Shown: piece by piece, positions 56,347 through 64,000 of the stretch | Layout of the letters: the number at the start of each line of letters is the position of its first letter | Numbering within the stretch: the first letter of the stretch is position 1 | Assembly (NCBI GenBank): GCA_951406725.2 | Contig: OX597814.1 | Location: forward strand, 39,866,001-39,930,000 | Length of the DNA: 64,000 nucleotides | Reading direction: 5' to 3' | Origin: Octopus vulgaris | Taxonomy: Eukaryota | Program-made: the position numbers and the translations under genes | The notes under the pieces: generated by a model | The model's database searches: none | Seen by the model: the letters and a program-made list of their open reading frames with translations, nothing else | What the model was told of the DNA's origin: nothing

Positions 56347-56360
56347 CAACAACAATAATG

Positions 56361-56435
<75 letters not shown>

Positions 56436-58374
56436 GGGTAACAAACATGGCGGACGCGTACGTGCAAACTCCGTGCCATGTTGGTATGAGTCTGTAATCA
56501 TCGGCAAGCATGATTTAACAAACAGCAAAAATATTAAAGAAATTCATTCTAAATGTAAATCATTTTAGGACGCAAAAATATTTTTCTCATATATAAAACA
56601 CAGTTGCTCTCAGGCACGTTGTCACAGAAAGACAAGTGTGTGAAAATGTAAACAATTCGCAGAGATGCGATTTGCCTAAAGAAGAAATGAAGCAACACGC
56701 GAGAATGCGATGTCGGTACAGCAAAAAAAAAAAAAACTGTGAAAATAAATAATAATCGTATATGCTGTTAATTTCTACACAAATACACAAAAATGTAATG
56801 TTTATAATATTCACACATGCAGTCGTTTATTTCGCACATAAATAAGGATACGAAGAACAGACAGTATTTAAACGGATTAAACGAAACAAATAATAATAAC
56901 AAAAAATATATACTGCAACTCGTCTCATTTTAAATAGAGAGAAAAAAACCCAGATATGCCCAGTAATAAAACTTAGAAAACGAATAAACGCGTATTTTAT
57001 TTATGAGATTGAGGCGCTGGAGATACGAAAATAAAAATAGACGGTGCTCTGCTAAAATGTTTACTCTCAACAGGTAGTCCTCCCTTCTAAAGACACCGTC
57101 CAAGTGAAAAGCAAAAGCAAAAGAGAACGGTGGACAGATACGACTACATCGAAGTGATATATGCATTGTACACTGCAAAACTATACAGGATAGAAAAGAA
57201 GTATACCAAATATGGAAAAGAAGAAATACTGATAGAAGGGGAGGTGTTTCAAAAAATACCCTTGCGAATGTCCGGCGATATATCCTGCGAGAAGGAAAGG
57301 TAACCCAAACCGAAATAGACAAACTAACATAAAATACACACTGGAAATAAAGCAAAATACTTCGTAGCTAAACACAATGGGTCGCAATCAGGCAAAAACA
57401 GCACACCAGGCATTATATCTACGGAAAGCGCATACGACACCACAAAAGGAAGATGAGAGCACAACTGAGATAACACTGCAAACAGTAAATAAAAGGCTAA
57501 GCCAATGTAAAATCTCTACACAGCTACCGAACCCAGAATTATATAGAACAACACAGCAAATCAACAACACGCATAGATAGGTGAATACTGAAGCACAAGG
57601 CAACAAACAAAATAACACATACCATAAATGATCTGCTACAACGGAGGACGGAGGCGAACTGAATTAAGAAATAACAAAAGTAGAACTAAGCATCACGCTG
57701 TCGATATATATGGAGCACCTTAAAAATCACCCCAGGCTATAATAAATATGAACTGCTCAATGGAAGGATACAACATTGCCTTGCATGTAATACTGACCAT
57801 ATCAAAACATACACAAAGATGTTATCCTTATGAATAAACGAATACACTGCAGCAGTGTAATAACAATATAATCAAAACAAGAAGTAGTAACCGTACGGAA
57901 CGTAACAACAATGTTTTAAAACCAACAATCCAACACGTTAACTCCAACTGTAAATTTTCAAGTATCAACACACAAACTACCTCACTTACTCAGACAGCTA
58001 CTCTCTATGTGTAGTGGTCCAGTCTTTGTCACTAGAGGGCGTCGCATTCTCGCACGAGTTCTGAACTTTTGAGATTTCGTGATCCAAAGGAATACATTTC
58101 TCTTTGTTTGCTTCGTATCTCTTTCGGTTTGGGCATTATCTCAAAGTGGTTGGTCAGCTTTCTTTTTCTCATGCTGGTTCTACGTGATTTTGTTACTTTT
58201 GGTACCATTACACAGAATATTTCACAGAATACTTAATGGGAATTTCTTCTTGATCTTGGGTACGTCTCTTCCTTAGTTGGTTTATCCCTGTTTTATGCTC
58301 ACCGCGTGACCCTTTAATTAGATACATCATACTTTCAATTTTTCTGGTAACATGGTTTAATACCTACTATTAGG

Positions 58375-60511
<2,137 letters not shown>

Positions 60512-60574
60512 ATAATAATAATAATAATAATGATAATAATGATGATGACGATGATGATGATGATGATGATGATA

Positions 60575-60623
<49 letters not shown>

Positions 60624-60647
60624 CCATGATCATGATCATGATAATAA

Positions 60648-61204
60648 ATGCCCTGATGCAGTACCAGACAGTGGCTCTCATGGCTTCTGATCTTAACTGA
60701 TTGGAAGTGTTATCATGTACATTGTTTTGTCTTGGTATAAAAGATGGGCTACAGCAAATATTCTGCTCAATACCACAGGTTTGCTTGTCAGTTGTTTGAC
60801 CGTAACCAGTTAAGCATGTCCCTTAGTGGCTGACGATATGTGCATCTCTGATCACGAGCAGAAGTAGTGGGGGAGAATCATAGCCATGTGTTGAGAGGGA
60901 TTATTTGGGGTTTGAATAGTTCACCTCTGGAAACATGGGTGGTTCTTTCAACATCCTTAAACAAACCCTTATTCAGGGACCGTTTGAGCGGGATGGGCTA
61001 CTGAACCTGAAGAAAATTCTAACTGGGCCCCACCTGCAAGGTCATGCGCTGTTTATCTTGATATGAGATCACCATGTCGCGCACATATGGTTGTGATGCA
61101 TGTGCCTGGTGTACCCTTATCAGACGGGTAGTCATGATGGGTATATTGGGCTTCGTATAATTTACCCCAGTGTCACTTTGATGGCATGCACTGCTCTCTC
61201 ACTC

Positions 61205-61205
<1 letters not shown>
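60648..61205. mobile_element. Second copy of the non-coding (TAA)n-associated element
   Basis: High similarity to 55164-55720. Confidence 0.8.
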
Positions 61206-61266
<61 letters not shown>

Positions 61267-61283
61267 TAATAATAATGATGATG

Positions 61284-61404
<121 letters not shown>

Positions 61405-61410
61405 CAACAA

Positions 61411-61442
<32 letters not shown>

Positions 61443-61818
61443 ACAACAACAAAAACAACAACAATAATAATAATAATAATAATACAGCTAGCGTTTGTTG
61501 ACCAGCAGAAAGCAAATGTAATACAGCTAGCAATTATAGACCAGACAAAAGCAAAGGTATTACAACTAGCAATTAGACACCAATAACTTGCTTACCATTA
61601 GTGTGGAAGTTGTTATTAGGAATGTGTTCAGAAAGCATTTACGAGCACCTTGACGACCAAATATTGGTAATAAATATATTAATGATGATGATGATGACGA
61701 CGACGACGATGACAACGACAATGATAATGATGATAATAATAATAATAATAACAACAACAATAATAATAATAATAATAACAATAATAACAACTACTGCTAC
61801 TACTACTACTACAATAAT

Positions 61819-61972
61819 GGTCGCCGAGGTCGACTTTGCCTTTCATCCATTCGGGGTCGATAAATTAAGTACCAGTTTCGCACTGGGGTCGATATAATGG
61901 ACTTAATCCGTCAGTCTGTCCTTGTTTGTCCTATCTGTGTTTAGCCCCTTCTGGGCAGTAAAGAAATAGGTA
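61819..61972 (+). mobile_element. SINE family A, 5'-truncated
   Basis: cgccgaggtcgactttgcctttcatcc..gataaattaagtaccag. Confidence 0.8.
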
Positions 61973-61987
61973 TAGAGAGAGGCAAGA

Positions 61988-62410
61988 CGTGGTACGAGCA
62001 CAAACTTCAGAGTGTAGCAATATACAGTCACCGGAAGTAACTTGCACGGACACCGGAAATACATCTGCCATCACCAGAGAAAACAAAGCAACTACCTCCA
62101 GCGACTTGCCTGACCTTTCATTGGACAAAAGCTACCTACCTGCTATTCTATTGGACACTGGCTAAACATCACTGCTGATATTTTTGTATAAATAGACATC
62201 ATAAATCGCTGTAAAGGCAGTTGGCTTTTTGGATCTCGACCGATGTAAATCGTGTCCCTCTCGTCTGCCACGCTCGCCACTCACGCCGCCTCGAACATTT
62301 GTACTGCCATTTCACGCCTGAAATAAATCGCTGTATAAACTTACACCTCTTGTCTGCTCGTCATTTCAACTACTGCTTTCGTCTGTCCAGTTTTGCTGAT
62401 TACGACCACA
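61988..62410 (+). mobile_element. Solo-LTR-like block
   Basis: Two attgg (CCAAT) boxes, tataaata (~62187), cagtt ~30 nt downstream, aataaa (62322), ends gaccaCA. Start (cgtggt at 61988 or tgtag at 62013) uncertain; no TSD seen. Confidence 0.5.
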
Positions 62411-62665
62411 GTCCTTTTCAGGGCTAATTCAAGTCTGATCTGAATCCGATAACAGTCCTTTTTAGGACTACTCTGAGATCCGATCTAATTTCGATAACAG
62501 TCCTTTTTAAGACTATTCTTGGACCGGATCTGAATGTGATAACAGTCCTTTTTAGGACTACTCTCAGATCCGATCTAATTACGATAACAGTACATTTTAG
62601 GACTATTCTTGGATCGGATCTAATTGCGATAACCGTTCTTTTAAGGGCTACCCTCAGATCAGACC
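62408..62665. repeat. 45-bp minisatellite, ~6 units
   Basis: Units start at 62408, 62452, 62497, 62542, 62587 and 62632 (acagtcctttttaggacta..gatc..gatct..gata). Confidence 0.9.
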
Positions 62666-62979
62666 AGAGTAGTGGCCAAGAATCATACCCGCTACAGCAG
62701 TGTCGGAGTCAAGCAAAATTGTCTGGAATTTCCCACTCCAAAAAGATCAGGTGCGAGAACATACAAACTGGATCTAGTAGTGGTGGATGAGATTCTAGAC
62801 AATCATCACAATTGAACGTATAACCCAGTTACTGAAAATATTAAACAACTGGAAAACACCTGAATACGTTAGAATTGGCAGGGCCGTTCAATGAGATTCT
62901 AACGGAGCCAGATCGGTCATCTGAATGCCTCACAGATGGAAAAACCAGCCCAATATTCAAATTTACTGAAACTATAACA

Positions 62980-63110
62980 TTTCTCATTCCTAAGGTATTT
63001 TCGATATTGTTAGCCCGCGTTCTTAACCACTACTCCATATGCCCGTTGTGTTAACAACAAACAAGGTTAGGACAAATATAGGTCAATTATAAATAATGTA
63101 AATAATGTAT
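62980..63110. mobile_element. Rearranged SINE family C copy (inverted head fused to tail)
   Basis: 62980-63045 is head/body on the minus strand; 63044-63110 is tail on the plus strand. Confidence 0.7.
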
Positions 63111-63658
63111 TTGGAAATGTTTAAGTGAATGTGATTTCAAAAACGTGAGTTGTTTGTACAGTAAGAATTTATATTTTAGCTTTCTTCAAACGGATAATAT
63201 TCTAATGTTTTATTTAAAATTATTTTCAAGTGAATGCCATTACAAAATGTTTTTGGCATACTTAAATACATTTCATCGTGAAAATGACTTTAAAAATACT
63301 GTAAATATTTTTAAAAAGACCCGTTCGTAAACTTGGTGTGAAATATGTTTTTTTTACCCTATTTATTTTTTCGAGTGCATTCAATGTATCTCACATACAA
63401 AGTTTTGGCTGCACACCCAGCTAGAACGTGACAGGTATTTGCGACAAAGGACCGGATAAAACTGTTATGCGATAGCAATGCGCGCAAGAAATAGCAGCCA
63501 AATCTTTCGTTTCGGGAGAAAGGAGCCGTTTACGCATGATTTCAATATGAAATTTGCTGAAGGCATGCGAAATAATATGGAGAAGAAAATAACCCCCACA
63601 GCTCCGTTGCTGGGAAACTCTGTGTTGCCTAGTGACCCAACTGGTGAAATGTAGTGCA

Positions 63659-63692
<34 letters not shown>

Positions 63693-63695
63693 CTA

Positions 63696-63744
<49 letters not shown>

Positions 63745-63888
63745 GGGTAAGATTAATGAATTAGTTAATAATTAATAATTTTACCAAGTAGTAAGGTATG
63801 TTATAAGAAATATTATCGGAAGACATACAAAAATTCTATAATTATTTCATTTTTGTATATATATATATATATGTGTATGTATGTATGC

Positions 63889-63921
<33 letters not shown>

Positions 63922-63946
63922 TACATACATACATACATACGTATAA

Positions 63947-64000
<54 letters not shown>

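Noticed and set aside
62408-62665. Regularly spaced palindromic repeats resembling a CRISPR array
   Set aside because: The inter-repeat parts are themselves homologous (no unique spacers), the context is eukaryotic, and there are no cas genes.

Overview
AT-rich, microsatellite-dense animal genomic DNA. The SINE and LINE families look like those of a cephalopod (Octopus-like genome; inference). I find no supportable host protein-coding exon, and most of the ORF track is translated (TA)n, (CA)n and (TAA)n repeats. The window is a patchwork of decayed mobile DNA. Penelope-like elements (PLEs) and small PLE-type modules sit between (TA)n arrays, and R4/Dong-like RLE LINEs are stacked in (TAA)n arrays. 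Also present are RTE remnants, Tc1/mariner relics, a Helitron, a MITE, a solo-LTR-like block and tRNA-derived SINEs. The main hidden signal is RNA-level: about a dozen hammerhead ribozyme (HHR) folds on both strands. Four have canonical minimal type I cores. Several carry compensatory swaps of the C3-G8 core pair (U3-A8, G3-C8), and one sits in the tail of a tRNA-headed SINE. One repeat family (18882-18943 + and 46741-46803 -) carries all HHR core strands in a non-circularly permuted, pseudoknotted order, with covariation between its two copies. All folds were found by eye and none has been tested.
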